Source: Callorhinchus milii
Taxonomy: Eukaryota
Length of the DNA stretch: 64,000 bases
NCBI RefSeq assembly: GCF_018977255.1
Contig: NW_024704742.1
Location: forward strand, 26,972,001 to 27,036,000
Reading direction: 5' to 3'
Translations under genes and position numbers: made by a program
Shown: positions 36,746-50,534 of the stretch, piece by piece
How positions within the stretch are numbered: the stretch's first letter is position 1
How the letters are laid out: each line of letters begins with the position of its first letter
Notes under the pieces: generated by a model
What the model was told of the DNA's origin: nothing
Database searches by the model: none
What the model saw: only the letters and a program-made list of their open reading frames with translations

Positions 36746-37224
36746 AAAAAGTGAGGAAGCCTGCGCTGAGGACTGAGAATGACTTGTTCAAATAGATTGA
36801 TATCTTTCTGCTAAAGCTATATTTTTCTCAGGCTGTCAGATATTGAAATTCACCGTCTGCTACTGTAACAGCCAATTTTGGGTTCGTTCCACTTTTTAGG
36901 AGACTATTTTTGGACTGTCAATATTTTGATACTGTTTTATTGCCACGGGTGAAAATGGCAATCTAGGGCTTGAAATTAATTTGCCAGTATCTCGATCAGC
37001 CTGAAACCTAATTGAACCCTAACAATTGTGGAAATAATTTTTTTTGCAAACCATGTGCAATCGCCACATTTTCTAGCACCCTCCCCCCCCCCCGAACATG
37101 GATTATTTGTAGTGTGGTGGACTGTTTAATTGTAATGTTCAACTCTAAACTTGGGACACCATGTTAACACATTTTGTGAACACTTGACTTTATGAAATGT
37201 TCAAGCACGGTCACTGTTTGTTAC

Positions 37225-37435
37225 TGAGTTTCGAGGTGCAGAGGCTCAAAGCGCGGCCACTGATGGTGGAATAGAAGGGCGTGAGGGACATACAGGAGGC
37301 CGGAGCCAGTCGAGCATAGGCAGCGAGTAGTGTGTTGGGGGGGACAGTAAGCAGGTCGGAGAGGTAGGGAGGTGCCAGGGTATGAAGGGATTTGAAAACG
37401 AGTGTGAGGATCTTGAAATCGACTGTTTGATGATG
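37225..37435 (-). mobile_element. L2 LINE 3' coding fragment
   Basis: ORF 37211..37453 contains VDFKILTLVFKSLHTLAPPYLSDLL. Confidence 0.85.
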
Positions 37436-37639
37436 GATCCCTGCTGTGTTCATCTGTTAATGTTAGTTGTTGGACTGACACACACACACATGACCTGAGT
37501 TGTTTGCACGTATGCATCAGTTCAGTTTAATTTAGACTGGCGCCTTCGAGAACCAATCAGCGGATGTAGACATTACTCGATAGGACACGACTCCGATGGT
37601 GCCGGCCAAACTATGGCCCGAGCTGGGGCTAGTTCCGGG

Positions 37640-37945
37640 CCGCTGGACTGGCAAGAAACTCTTCCAGTTTCGATTCGATTCCCAGTCTGCGCTGAATTTG
37701 CTGGGTTCAGTCAGGGCTGAATAGGGTGGCTATCCCAGAGACCTGGAGATGGAAAACAGCCCTCGACAGCATTCTCGACAGCACCCTCTACAGATAGTGC
37801 ACTCGTGTGGCAATCTGCCAGCGAGAGGTCAGGTTCAGTTGTGCCGCCCTCTACAGTTGAGGCCTGTGGACACTCCATGCTAAGGCTCACACAGGAACAC
37901 ACTTGGCAGGGAACCGTATGGCAACCAGTGCCCGTGCAACCATCC
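37640..37945 (+). mobile_element. Family 'V' old SINE-like repeat
   Basis: B-box-like ttcgattccc followed by tctgcgctgaattt.., gctaaggctcacac; similar to 560-912 (-) and 51135-51478. Confidence 0.5.
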
Positions 37946-38160
37946 CCCAGCCAGTGGCAACCATCCCCCAGCCAGTGGCAACCATCCCCCAGCCAGTGGC
38001 AACCATCCCCCAGCCAGTGGCAACCATCCCCCAGCCAGTGCAACCATCCCCCAGCCAGTGGCAACCATCCCCCAGCCAGTGGCAACCATCCCCCAGCCAG
38101 TGGCAACCATCCCCCAGCCAGTGGCAACCATCCCCCAGCCAGTGGCAACCAGCCAGTGGC
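37937..38160. repeat. 21-bp minisatellite (CAACCATCCCCCAGCCAGTGG) x10 plus a partial unit
   Basis: Perfect tandem units, one lacking a G. Confidence 0.97.
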
Positions 38161-40434
38161 CTTTTCAAAAAAAAAATTGGATGCGCTAATTTTTTTTAAA
38201 AATAGGGAAAAAGATGTGGCTTATTTTATTGGTGCGAGTTTCTTGATATTGTATGCATATTTAATAATAATCTTTACATTTGGTATCCATCCTTTCATGT
38301 CTGGAGGATGCCTCGAAGAGCTTCACCCGATATTACTATGAAGTGTCGTGACTGTATTTTGCGAGCGAATGTGGCAGCTAATTATGCACAAAGCAGTACA
38401 GTTATTCTGGGGCAATACCTACATTCTCCTAAACCTTGCAACCTTTTTAAAGGTCCTCCATGTTTCAAATGTTGGTTATTTCTAGAGGCATGAAGACTTT
38501 GGGTTTTTTGTAGATTTATCCAGAGGCTAAAATGGGTCAATTTCCTGCAGTGTTTGGGGTGTTGCTGGGGCTCTTGTTTTGTGTAGAGGAAATCCACATC
38601 TGGTTATTGTAGTGAGTTACTTTTGTTTTACATTTGATGGCTTTGTGGTGTTTTCAAGTGAGTGAGCCCAAGAATAAGGGATACGGTATGGGAGCGATTA
38701 CTAGACATTAAACGTGACGAAGGGGTTAAGATGCCCTTGTAAACCATGAGAACCAAGTGAGAGCGGTTTATCACTATCAACTGGAAATGGAAATGCGATT
38801 TCAACTTTAAACTCACTCCAATATACACGGGTGCGTACTCAGTGCTGAGAGCTCCGGGGGCAGTTCAGTGCAGTTTTAAATAGGTTGCTTTTTGACTGGC
38901 AGTGTTTTCAGTGCAGATACTGATATTGATAGCAAGCAAGCTGAATTTTAGTGTGCCTATTAGTGTGATGAGATTCAGGGTGAAATCAGTCGTGGTGTAA
39001 CCACTGCAAGCTCACAGATAGAGAACCAGAAGCTGATCAGCGGGAAATAACATGCCCAGTGTGCATTATATCACAGCATACTGCACAGCGAATAATAGAT
39101 GGCTAAACGTGTAATTTGAAAAGCAATTTAAACCGTGGGTGAGCAGTGAGCTGTTTCACAGTCACCTGAACTCCTAGCATTCCCAGCACTTAAAATAATT
39201 ATCTCGTCCCCCATTCCACCCATTTATAAACTTTGCCTCTGGCACTGTATCACATTCACTGCCAGTGGCTGAGTTTAGGTGGCTGCTGTTACTTTGTGTC
39301 ACTGATGATTACACAATTTAGGAATGATCTGTTCCACTTGCTGCTCAGTGAAGCAACCATGGCTGTATGCAATTGTGGTGACAGAATTGCGTTATGACAA
39401 TACTGTAGTTTATGCTTGAATAAACTTTCACGTAGGAAGAATGTCTTAAAGCACTTCATTACATGGGGGGAAAAGCGAGGGGAATTTGCTTTGAGCGTTT
39501 TGATCAAAGGCATGGTCAAAGATGCTTTAACAATAATAAGCATTTGGTATAGTACTGCATCACTTTGTCAAGACATCAAAGCGCTTTATAGGATCTTACT
39601 GTAAATTGTAGTGACTAAATACTTGTAGGAGAATGCGTCAGCCAATTTGCACTCTGCAATGTTCAACAAACAGCTATGGAATGAGCGACCAATTTTATTA
39701 AAATAATAATCTTTGCATTTTATACAGCGCCTTATGTGGTTGAGATGTTTCAAAGTGCTTCACAGGATATTCTGTAGAGTGGTGTGACGTCTGTGCAATT
39801 TGCACCAGCCAATTTATGCACGACAACAGCCTATAAAGAGCCATGGAGTCAGTGACCAATTTTATTTTAAGAGTTAAGATAGGCGAGCTGAGATATATCA
39901 GAGTGGAGATGAGAGGGCCCTGGAGGGAGAGCAAAAACATTGGCTGGGTTTGAGGCAAAGAGTTGGCCTTGTTGCTGATCATCACTAATTCCTTCCAGAA
40001 ATGTATAAAACGCAAGGATTTACTTGGAGGTATGTCTGACCAACCTCCCCTCCCCACCAAATCATTTTTCTTTATGTTGACACTAACAGCTTATTAAAAG
40101 CACCGAAGGATGCATTATAAGGAACAGTTCAAAGCTTTAGGTTAACTCTTTAAGGTTGGAGAGAGGTTGGCTTTTAATTGTGTAGATTGCACTTCACTTC
40201 AGTGGGAGGTTTTCCCTGCAGCCGAGGGAATAGGGTTAAATTAACAAGCCTCAGTAAACAGTGAGGCCCGCACGCTCTGCTTCTCTGTGACCTTGTCCAA
40301 TGCTTATCTGGGCTAAATCGAGCGGGAGGGGTGTTTCTGCTGGGCCAGTAGTTACAGACTTTTTTTGTGTGTGTATGTGTTTCACTGCCTGGTAATGTCA
40401 GCCATTGTACCGGGGAAGTTTGTGGTAATCTTTC

Positions 40435-40806
40435 TGAAGTAGCTCAGTGGTTAGAGCACTCGCCTTGCAAGCGAGAGACCTGGGTTCAATTCCTGGCAAG
40501 GAGAAATGTTGGGCAAGCTTCCTTACTCCACACGCCTCTGTTTACCTTGCAGTAAGTAGGAACCCGGTTGTTAGTCGATCGGCAGATCGTTTTTCTGGGG
40601 GTAATAATTCCTTAAGAAAATGATAATGATAAATTGGCTACTTCAGTCAACGACTGTTTGTGGGACGCTGCTGCGTGCAATTGGCTGCTGAGTTTCGCCC
40701 ACAAAATATATAGTCAATTCACTTTACAGTATATTCTGTGAAGTGCTTTGAGACGTCTCGAAGATGTGATAAAGCGCTATATCAAATGCAAGGATTATTA
40801 TTATTA
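40435..40806 (+). mobile_element. tRNA-derived SINE, long variant
   Basis: TAGCTCAGTGG A box, GGTTCAATTCC B box, core and (TTA)n tail. Confidence 0.9.
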
Positions 40807-42124
40807 AGTATTGCTGGGCTAGCTGGCACAAAACTATTGTGTTGGTTGACTGCAGACAGATTTATTGCGGACAGATTTCTCCCATTTTTTACGGAAAAAA
40901 AAACCCCACAACAGGTCCCAATTTGTGAGCTTTTAGTTGAGGGTAGACGATTTTTCGTCTTTAATCTAAAAATGTAGTTCCCCACATTAACACGTCTGAC
41001 TCTTGGTAGAATAGGAAAGTCGCGTGTAAAAGCAACTCAGCTGCCTTACAGCTAAGAAGCTTGGTCAGAAAGCAATAAGCTATTAAATGGGGGACAGGTT
41101 TCCATCAACTAAGTGCTTTTAGCCCTTTGTGCTTCCAATGAACCGCAGCAATTGAGTACATTATCCTTAGCTGATCGCCTTTTGTCATTCAGCATAACTT
41201 CGGTGGAGAGTTTATCCCGTGCTTTTTTTATTTATGATTTTGGCACTGTGACGTTTGATTGACGGTCTTTAATAATAATCCTCGCATTTGACACAGTGCC
41301 TTATCACATCGTTGAGACGTCGCAAAGCGCTTCACAGAATACACCGTAAAGTGGATTGACTGTATATTTAAAGCTATGACCCACGTTGAATTGGCTGACC
41401 TGTAGGGAGAACAGCCAGAGGTTACTATCAAGTGTTCTTTAAATAGAGGCTAAGTGTTGGCAGATGGCAGACATACTGCAAAAAACGCTGGCAAAGTAAT
41501 GTCAAAATACTGGAGTTGAGAGGTGTGGGTGGGGGTGGGTGGATCACGTTCCCGGGGATGATGATGATAATAATAATTCTTGCATTTGATATTGCGCCTT
41601 ATCACGACATTGAGACATCTCAAAGCGCTTCACACTGTAAAGTAGATTGACTGTGTATTCTGTGGGCCAAACGTGGCAGCCAATTATGCAGGAGTGTCCC
41701 ATAAATAGTCGTGGATTGAGCGACCAAATTAANTTTTTTGGAGGGATTATTACTCCCGGAAACCGATCCGCCAATTGACTAACAGCCAGGTTCCTACTTA
41801 CTGCTGTCAAGTAACTGGGGGGAGGGGGCATGATGTATATGGGGTCTCAGGAGGAGGCGGTTGATGTACTCGTGGGTCTAAATGGGGGGGGGGGGGGGGG
41901 TTGGGGTATTCAGAATCCGTGAGGGGTGGCTGACATACTTGGATTGGGGAGAGGGGTTGCCATACGCACTTTCTTTTTGACCAAGAGCGTAGAAAGTGGC
42001 CCAGATCTGTCTGTCACACGCAGTAGGTGCTGTGGGAACGGTGATATAATAGTGGCATTGCTGCTGTTTGAGAGCAGTTTTTAAAAAAAATAGTGTGTGT
42101 GAGGTGTTCTCTAGTTCTCCTTGC

Positions 42125-42360
42125 ATTCTCCTTTGGAACTCCATCCCACGTTCCCTTCGCCTCGCTCCCTCCCTTGCCTCCTTCAAGGCACGTCTCAAGA
42201 CCCTCCTCTTCGATCGCGCCTTCGGCCCACCCTCCTACCCTTCTGACCGCAACACCCCCTCCCGCCCCGCCCCAAATTCGGGTCCAAATTCCTGACTGTC
42301 CAGCGCCTTGGGATGTCCTCCCAACGTGAAAGGCGTTATACAAATGTCATTTTGTATTGT
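42125..42360 (+). mobile_element. L2 LINE 3' end
   Basis: LWNSIPRSLRLAPSLASFKARLKTLLFDRAF followed by the terminal gcgcc..ggcgt hairpin. Confidence 0.85.
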
Positions 42361-43503
42361 ATCTAACTGCTGTGGAGGTTAGTGCATGTTCTCTGCATGA
42401 TCAATAGCCACCCTATTGCTATTGAACATGCCTCCCCACAGTGTATTTACAGGGCAAAGCGCTGGGTCAGGATTGATGCATTTACTTCAATGTGTGCTTT
42501 GATAAATAATGCAGGTGTGTTCCACATTACAGAGAAACCCGACCCTCCCAAGAAAAGTTTATGCATTTTTATTACAAATGTCAGTGAAGCTGCTCACCAC
42601 AATCCTCGATGAGTGTCTCGCTCTCATCCTCTAACCTCCGAAAGAGGTCTGGCCACCACTTTGTGCCTCCCCGCAGCATTGCTGCTGAGATCAGCACCTA
42701 CGCATTGAAGGAGAATCCGAACTGCTTTCCTACCCTCCTCCAATTGTTGTGGTTTAACATTTTTTTTCTGCTAAAATGGTTAAGCAATCTCTAAAATGGT
42801 TAAAACAGTCTCCACCTACAGATGGATTTTAAAGTCATTCCAATTATTTTGTTTTAATGTGGGTATTATTTGCTGCATTCTTAGATATATTGTCTGATTT
42901 AATCTTCTGGAGACCAGTCAGGATATTCGGATAACTAGCATTGGACCATATCACAGCTTTATTTGGAGCTTGATAATTGGGTTATTGGCAAACTTGACTG
43001 GATATGTTACTGTCTTAATTAAGCATTGCCATTTGATTACGCAGTACTTGCATTCCTCCAACATTGAGAACCCAAACAGTGTCTAAAAGTAAAACCAAAA
43101 CTTTCTCACTTTCAAATTTGAATACCAAAAGATCTAATTGTGGTTTGCCCGATAGCAATAACTGTTAGCATCTCAAACTCCTGAGCTGAGGTAAGAAGTC
43201 CATTGTGCTACTCTGTGTGCCTCCAACTTGTATTTTATTGTTGCCTCTGATTCGGATTTGAGGACTTGACGTCTTTTCCTCACTTGGTATGTGTGTGTGT
43301 GTGTGTGTGTGTGTGCGTGCGTGTGGGGTGGGTAGAGAGGAAAGTACACTGATGGTTCCGTGCATTCTACAGATTCTCAGAGATACAAGCGACGTCTCGT
43401 TGATAGATGCATTTGAAACAGGGCTGAACGCTAGCTAGTTGGGCCTTGTCAGTAACTGCTGTCTTTTTTCCTCGCAGACTCAGTGTTCGGAATCGAGAAG
43501 ACC

Positions 43504-43555
43504 ATGAAAAGAGGCCGGCTCCCCAGCAGCAGTGATGATTCTGATGACAACGACA
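43504..43555 (+). CDS. JADE1: Protein Jade-1, first canonical coding exon (exon begins 43478 with 26 nt before the ATG)
   Basis: MKRGRLPSSSDDSDDND matches the recalled JADE1 N-terminus (MKRGRLPSSSEDSDDN); acceptor tcttttttcctcgcag, ACCATG context, donor GTAAGT at 43556 (phase 1). Confidence 0.95.
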
Positions 43556-46270
43556 GTAAGTGTTCTATGATATTGCTTTTTGGCTTCAGGACGTAGCAGC
43601 CTATAATGAGTGGAGGGAAAGAGGTTTGAGAAAATGCAATCTTTTGATCTGTTCAAAGTTGTTAAATTTTAATTAAGATCATTGTCTTGTGGAGACCACT
43701 GATACTGTTCTGAATGCAGTGAATTGGACAGTCCAGTCACGTAAGCCTCTCATATCACTATACAAGTCACTAAATGCTAACGTTATATGTTAGCTCCTTC
43801 TCATTGGATATTTTCATTTCCATGTTATAGTGCATTTGGCTAAATTCCCTAGTCAAACATTCCCCCAATTTATTGGGCTCTTCTGATCTACTTCCAGTCA
43901 TCCCCTAAACTGAACAAATAACCAAACTGCATGGCATGATAATCAACAATAAGTTGCAGTTAGTTTTTGCTACCTTGCTCTTGTACTTCCTGATAGAAAC
44001 GTTTGTCTATAAAGCACTCAGTCACTAACGATAGCACCTTTCATGTCAGAAGGACGACACCAAGTGCTTTACAGAATTTACTGCAAAGTATAGTGACTGT
44101 ATTTTGTAGGCATACTACACTTCACAGTGAATGCTGTGAAGCACTTTGAGACATCCTCCTGATATAAATGACGCTATATCAAATGCAAGAATTACTATTA
44201 ATACCATTAGGCTCCCTCCCAATCTTTTTCTGTGTCCCATTAAGTCAAAAGAGAGCTGAACAACATACAAATGTTAAGATTTTAACACTCATCCTTCAGA
44301 AATCACACTAAACAGATTGGGCAAGTTTCTTTACTCCACACGCCTAATAATAATCCCTCCAAAACAACACAATAATAAATTGGTCATTTTCAATCCACGA
44401 CTGTTTGTGGGACACTGTTGCGCGCAATTGGCTGCCGCGTTTTGCCCACAAAATATACAGTCAATTCACTTAACAGTATACTCTGTGAAGCGCTTTGAGA
44501 CGTCTAGAAGACGTGAAAAGCGCTATCTCACATGCAAGGATTATTATTATTATGATTTAAGTACAAGTTAAGTTCCAAGAACCTTAAGGGGGTGTAAATA
44601 CTGAGAATTGTTTCTTAGTGTAAACTTTTTAAAAAATACTTTCTGAGGGAGCTATTCTGCCTAGAAATGTCATGGATGTCAGTTGCAGTCATTGATTGAA
44701 GAGTGTGTACAGGCTGGAGAATCTGTGACAATTCAATTTCATTTGAAATTAATTAAACATTTTAATATTTTTTTGAAAGAAAAGAGCTCTTAAAAGATGT
44801 TTAGACTCAAGCATGCAGTGCTACAGCTGGGTTGCCTTGCTGGCTACCAGTTAAATAAATGTAAATTGTAGTTAAATAAATGTAAATTGTACTGCATTGT
44901 CTCTTTTGCCAATGCAATGTCATCTGTTTCCTTTACCAGCGTGTAGTACAAGAACATCAGCTGTTTTTTTCTTCTTCTCATTGAAAAGTCTGGGTGAAAG
45001 GCCACGCACAGCCCAATGTGTGGTTCACCACCAAGTCTCAAAACAAATTCAAGTGATAAATGTGAAGTCGAGAAAAAAACAGTTGGATGCTAATCTTGGG
45101 TTTTAAACGCTTGTGGAGAGGACAATGTGCAAAATGCAACACAAGCTACTATCCGTCCTTGGGATAAGACGTTAAACTGTATGATGTCCCTTCTGCCTGT
45201 TCAGGTGGACATTAAAGATCCCATGGTACTAGTCGAAAAGACAAGGGAGTTTCTCCTGGTGTCACATTCCCTTGACAGTGTATTCTGTGAAGCGCATTGA
45301 GACGTCTCGAAGACGTGATGAGGCGCTATATCAAATGCAAGGATTATTATATTATTACAGATGTCGGTCTCTCTGTATGACTTGCATACTCTTAAACATG
45401 GCAATGGGTTTCCACACGTGTCAGACACTCGACTGACCAAAATAATAAATTGATAGGTGAATTTAGTTACGAGGAGAGGCTTTGGCAGTGAGCAAAATTC
45501 ACACTGGAGAAGAGGAGCAAATCTTATTGAAGTATTCAAAATCTTAATAATAATAATAATAGTCCTTGCATTTGATATAGCGCCATATCACGTCTTTGAG
45601 ACGTCTCAAAGCGCTTCACAGAATATACTGTAAAGTGAATTGACTGTATATTTTGTGAGCGAAAATATCTTGCAGGCTATTAATAAACTGAACCCTAATA
45701 ATATAATTATCACAGACTCACCAACAAGGGATTGGACTTGAGGGGTGAGAAGGCAGTTGGTGGTGGTGGCAGATTGCGTAAGCAAATTTAAGAGAATAAT
45801 AAAAATATTATTAAATTTAAGAGATAGACAGTTATTTGATAAATATATTGATAGAGGTTTGAGAAGTACAGTCATTTATGATTGTTTTATACTGTGGAAC
45901 TGACCAGATGGACCATAGTGGTCATTTGTGGTCAGGTTTCTTGCTATGTTCCTTTCGAGCTGAGAGGAGAGAAGAATGCTTAGCACATAAGAGGAAATTG
46001 AGCTTCTTTATGGGCGCCTTTAGCAACGGAGAAGATGGGAGAATTTATTTTGAGATCAGAGGAGATAATGAGGCCCACAATATTGATGGATTAGAAAGAG
46101 GCATTCAAATGTAACATAGGAGCTATTAGTTGCATTTATTGGAAAAAGCTGCTTTTGAAGGATAGAAAGAATTGATTTTTTTTATTGCAAAGTGTGTAGA
46201 AAAGATCAAGATTTAGTGTTTCACCTATTAGGGTTTGAGAGCAGTAAAGATGTGTGCATTTGAGGGCATA

Positions 46271-46582
46271 GAGTCCTGTAGCTCAGTGGTTAGAGTACTG
46301 GCCTTGCAAGCAAGAGACCTGGGTTTGATTCCCGGCAGGGCAAAACCTTGGGCAAGTTTCCTTACTCTACACGCCTGATAATAATCCCTCAAGAAAAAAA
46401 ACAATAAAATTGGTCACTTCAATCCATGATTGTTTGTGGGACACTGCTGTGCGCAATTGGCTGCTGCATTTCACCCACAAATATACAGTCAATCCATTTT
46501 ATATTCTGTGAAGCGCTTTGAGACGTCTAGAAGACGTAAAATGCAAATCAATATCAAATGCAAGGATTATTATTATTATTAT
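46271..46582 (+). mobile_element. tRNA-derived SINE, short variant
   Basis: Head, cgcctgataataatccc junction, tail. Confidence 0.88.
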
Positions 46583-47885
46583 GTGATCTGAAGCAAGCTA
46601 GTAATTTGGAGGAGAATTCTCAGCACTAGAGCAGATCTCTATCAGTTCCATCCCTTAAACATCCCGATTGATTCTCCATCTAAGGTGTTCTGGAGCATTG
46701 TATTCCACGGTCTCACAAACCCTTGCGTGCATAAATCTCTTAACCAATTTCCTACTTTTAACTGGTTTCGCCATTATTTTAAAGAGCTCATTCAGATTGC
46801 TCCTTGACTCTTAAACTCAAGGGGTTATAACCCAAATTTATCCAGGGTCCTCATAATGTAGCCTCTCCATCCTAGGTAGAGTTAAGCCGCATTAAAAGGT
46901 AGTTGGGCGAAAAAATTCCAAACAGTGTTGTACCACTTGTGAGCAGATCTTCTCACATGCTTTCTGCGCTAAAAATGTCCAATTTCTGGGTCATTAGGTT
47001 TGCTGCCGACAAAATGCACAGAAAACGACGTCATTGTCCTGATAACCCAGAAGTTAGACACATTTTAGCAGACGGAGAGTGGCCTGGCCTGGCTTTCTGG
47101 CATGGCTTTTTTTTAGTAAACAAATGTCAAGGTCCAATCGCTCCATAAACAAATCTATATGAAAGCAAACTTGTACTATCCCGTAAGTGTGGTACTGTAC
47201 ATTTGTGGGAGGTGAGTAGTCTGCTTCCTATACATAGGGCACTGGTGTGGAAGTCCTCCCAACGTCTAGCAGTATCCCAAGGAAGCGTTGGAAATGCTTG
47301 CTTGCTGCACACTGCTGATGGAGAGAGACCATTTAGCGATCGACTTGTTATAATGAGGTTGACCTGTACTTACACTTTGCTACACTGAATGTTGTTAGAT
47401 TCAGTTCCACTCACTTGCTGCTTTGTTTCTTTACAATATTCTGCTCTCTCCATTGATTACTTCTCCTCATGTGTCCCTTTTATCCCACTCTCTGCCTTCA
47501 TTAATTTTCCATCCATGTGACAAACTTGCCTCAATTCTATTATTTTTGGAGAGACGTTCTCTTCTATACTCCTTATCCAAATGCCTTCTGAAAATCCCTA
47601 TATCCATCTATAAACTATATCCCTCAATCTTCCTTTATGTAGTGGTCTTCAGGGTTTCTGTCTGAGAGCGTTATTAGGTTAGTCAGAAACTGATCTCTAT
47701 TTCCCGAAATAATGCTGACTCTCTCTGATTTATATTCCACATGGCAATTGATGTGTGGGCCTATCTCACATGGAGACAAGAGAAATCCAATCAAGTATGA
47801 GACAATTTCATTCAAAATATTCTAATTACATGCAATGTAGTGTACACCTATCTCCCTCTGATGGCTCAGGGTAAATGCACTGCAC

Positions 47886-48300
47886 CATAGAAACATAAAC
47901 ATTTTACAGCACAGAAGAAGGAAGCTTGATGGCTCTATGAAAGAGCAATCCATCCAGTCCCACTTGTCTGCCTATTATCTATACACCTGTAAACTATTCC
48001 TTTTTAGATATCTGTCCGGTTCTCTCTGGAAAGCTAATATGGATGCTACCTTGACCATCGCTCCTGGCAACTTATTCCATATCCTAATAACTGTTTGAAA
48101 GAAAATCTATTAAAGTCTCTCTTTGCTTCTTTGCCAATTATCTTACACTGATGGTCTCTGGTCACTGATTCACTGACCAATATGTTTTCCCTACTGACTC
48201 CTATTGAAACCTCTCATAATTTTGAAGATCTCTATCAGGTTTCCCTTCAAGCTTCTCTGTTCCAGTGAAACTTGGCCAAGTTTCTATTATACCCATAACC
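47886..48300 (-). mobile_element. CR1-like LINE 3' fragment, degraded
   Basis: catagaaacata..tacagcacagaag..attccatatcctaataac..cataattttgaagatctctatcagg. Confidence 0.6.
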
Positions 48301-48302
48301 CA

Positions 48303-48625
48303 TGGAGTCCTGTAGCTCAGTGGTTAGAGCACTCACTTTGCAAGCGAGAGACCCGAGTTCAATTCCAGGCAGAGGGCGAAACCTTGGGCAAGTTTCCTTA
48401 CTCCACACAGAGCCTAATAATAATCCCTCCAAATCCAAAAACAATAACAAATTGGTCATTTTCAATCTACGACTGTTTGTGGGACATTGCTGTGCGCAAT
48501 TGGCTGCCGCGTTCGCCCACACATAAAAATATACAGTCAATTCACTTTACAGTGTGTTCTGTGAAGCGCTTTGGGATGTCCTCCCGACGTGAAAAGCGCT
48601 ATATCAAATGCAAGGATTATTATTA
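48303..48625 (+). mobile_element. Young tRNA-derived SINE, short variant
   Basis: Nearly identical to 14012-14329 and 51952-52269. Confidence 0.92.
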
Positions 48626-48714
48626 GATCTCTAGAACTTTTTGATAAAGTCTTACTGCATCAAAACTGTTTGAAAGTTCACAATTCTTTACAAATCTGTG
48701 GACAAACTACTTCA

Positions 48715-49237
48715 GTGAGAGAGAAGTAAACTTATGGAACAGGCTCCCTAGGGAGACAGTGGAAGCAGAACATTTGATAGATTTCTGCTGGAAAATAATA
48801 TACCGGGCGAGATACAGTGTATAGTTTGGGACACAACATGTCAAGCGACTGCCAGGATAATAATAATAATAATAATCCTTGCATTTGATATGCTTCCAGA
48901 AGTCTTAAAGCGCTTCACAGACTATACTGTAAAGTCAATTGACTATATTTGTGGGCGAAACGTGGCAGCCAATTGCACACAGCAGTGTCCCACAAACAAT
49001 CGTGGATTGAAGTGACCAATTTATTTTTTTCTTGAATGATTATCATTAGGCGTGTGGAGTAAGGAAACTCGCCCAAGGTTTCGCCCTGCCGGGAATCAAA
49101 CCCATGTCTCTCACTTGCGAGGCGAGTGCTCTAACCACTGAGATACAGGACTCCACAATTCCACAATGGTGGAAGGCAAACTAGATGGACCTTGGTCTTC
49201 TTTCGCCAAGTAAATTCTTATGTTCTTATGTTCTTAT
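48715..49237 (+). mobile_element. CR1-like 3' end split by an antisense SINE
   Basis: tggaacaggctccc..gtggaagcag (WNRLP) upstream; ctagatggacc..(TTCTTATG)n terminus at 49180-49237. Confidence 0.65.
48857..49156 (-). mobile_element. tRNA-derived SINE, short variant (antisense)
   Basis: Reverse complement of head through (TTA)n tail. Confidence 0.9.
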
Positions 49238-49569
49238 TACTCACGAGCTTGGCTAATAGAAAAGTGTGGATGTTTTTGCAAAAAATTGAAGAGCTCTTTA
49301 CGAATCTTATAGGAAATTGCGGAGGTCTCTGCTAGATTTTGTGGGGAAGTTGTGGGCTTTGATTGGTGCTACTGAGGTACATTTTACTACTACATTTTTT
49401 CACTTTATTCATTAAAAACTCAACATAAGGAAATAACACATATTAGATTGTTGTAAAAAAGTTCAAATTGCTCCTTTAACAAAAACTGTGGCCATTTTTT
49501 GGGGGAGGTGGGGATGGTGGGGAGGGATACCAGTGAGGCTACTGGAGCTCACCACCTCCGGGCTGACAC

Positions 49570-49775
49570 CACACACAGATCCAGAGGCCCAGAGAGAGAC
49601 ACACATACTGAGACCCAGAACGAGACACACACACTCAGAGACCCAGAGAGAGAGACACACACGCACTCAGAGACCCAGAGAGAGAGACACAGAAAGAAAG
49701 AGAGACACACTCAGAGACACACAGAGAGAGAGAGACATACACACACACTCAAGAGAGACCCAGAGAGAGACACAA
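49570..49775. repeat. (GA)/(CA) low-complexity repeat
   Basis: GAGACACAC / GAGACCCAGAGAGA motifs. Confidence 0.9.
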
Positions 49776-50534
49776 TGTCTGTCACTCATCAATATCAAAT
49801 AGTCCTCTCTTGATTCACGTCACTGAAATAAATGTAATGCTTTTGAGGTGGATCAGTGATTTTCAGCATGGTTACAGTCTTTTTAAGTGATTTGGGCTTC
49901 TTTTTAAAATTAATTGCCTTTTAAGTAACAGAGCCTGTAAGCTCCATGGTTCGAGAACTCTATCATCCCTATTTACCCTTTGTTCTCATGGGAACAAAGA
50001 ATAGCCATTCATAGGAGTGTCATTTTCTTGGAAGACTGCCTCAGTGACACAAATGTCTGAAAGAAAGACATCAGTGGATTTTGCCATTGTGATTGCGGAA
50101 CATTTTTAAAAAAAATCTATTGAGAAACATCTTTTGAATTCCTTCCTCTATGTTTGACTGTGTTTACCTTCCTTGGTCTTACCAAAAAGTTCTCAACTTC
50201 CCTCCTCTGCCTCATTTGGCTTTGATGTCTCACAACCCAAGGTTGAGTTCAAATCCCACATCAGGATTTTGAACTTGCATAGTCTGGTCTGACACTCCAA
50301 TGCCGTGCTAGAGCTGTGTCGGAAGTGCTCTCCCGACCAACAAACACTACAGATATAATTGATCATTCACTTTGTGGCGGATTTCGTGCAAATTGGCTGC
50401 CGCATTCGCCTACTATTTACGACACTTCACTGTACTTTGAGACGTCACTTTGAGATGACCTCCCAATGTAAATACAACTACATCAAATGCAAGGATTGTT
50501 TGCAACGACTATGCAAACTCCCTGCTTGTCGGCC

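Noticed and set aside
37711..38341. Repeat-protein ORFs (QPSPSQW / PLAGGWL) or CRISPR-like array
   Set aside because: Pure 21-bp tandem repeat with no spacers, in a eukaryotic context with no cas genes.
43180..43196. Donor-like GAG|GTAAGA 287 nt upstream of the start exon
   Set aside because: No supporting acceptor, ATG or promoter signal; cannot be told from chance without transcript data.
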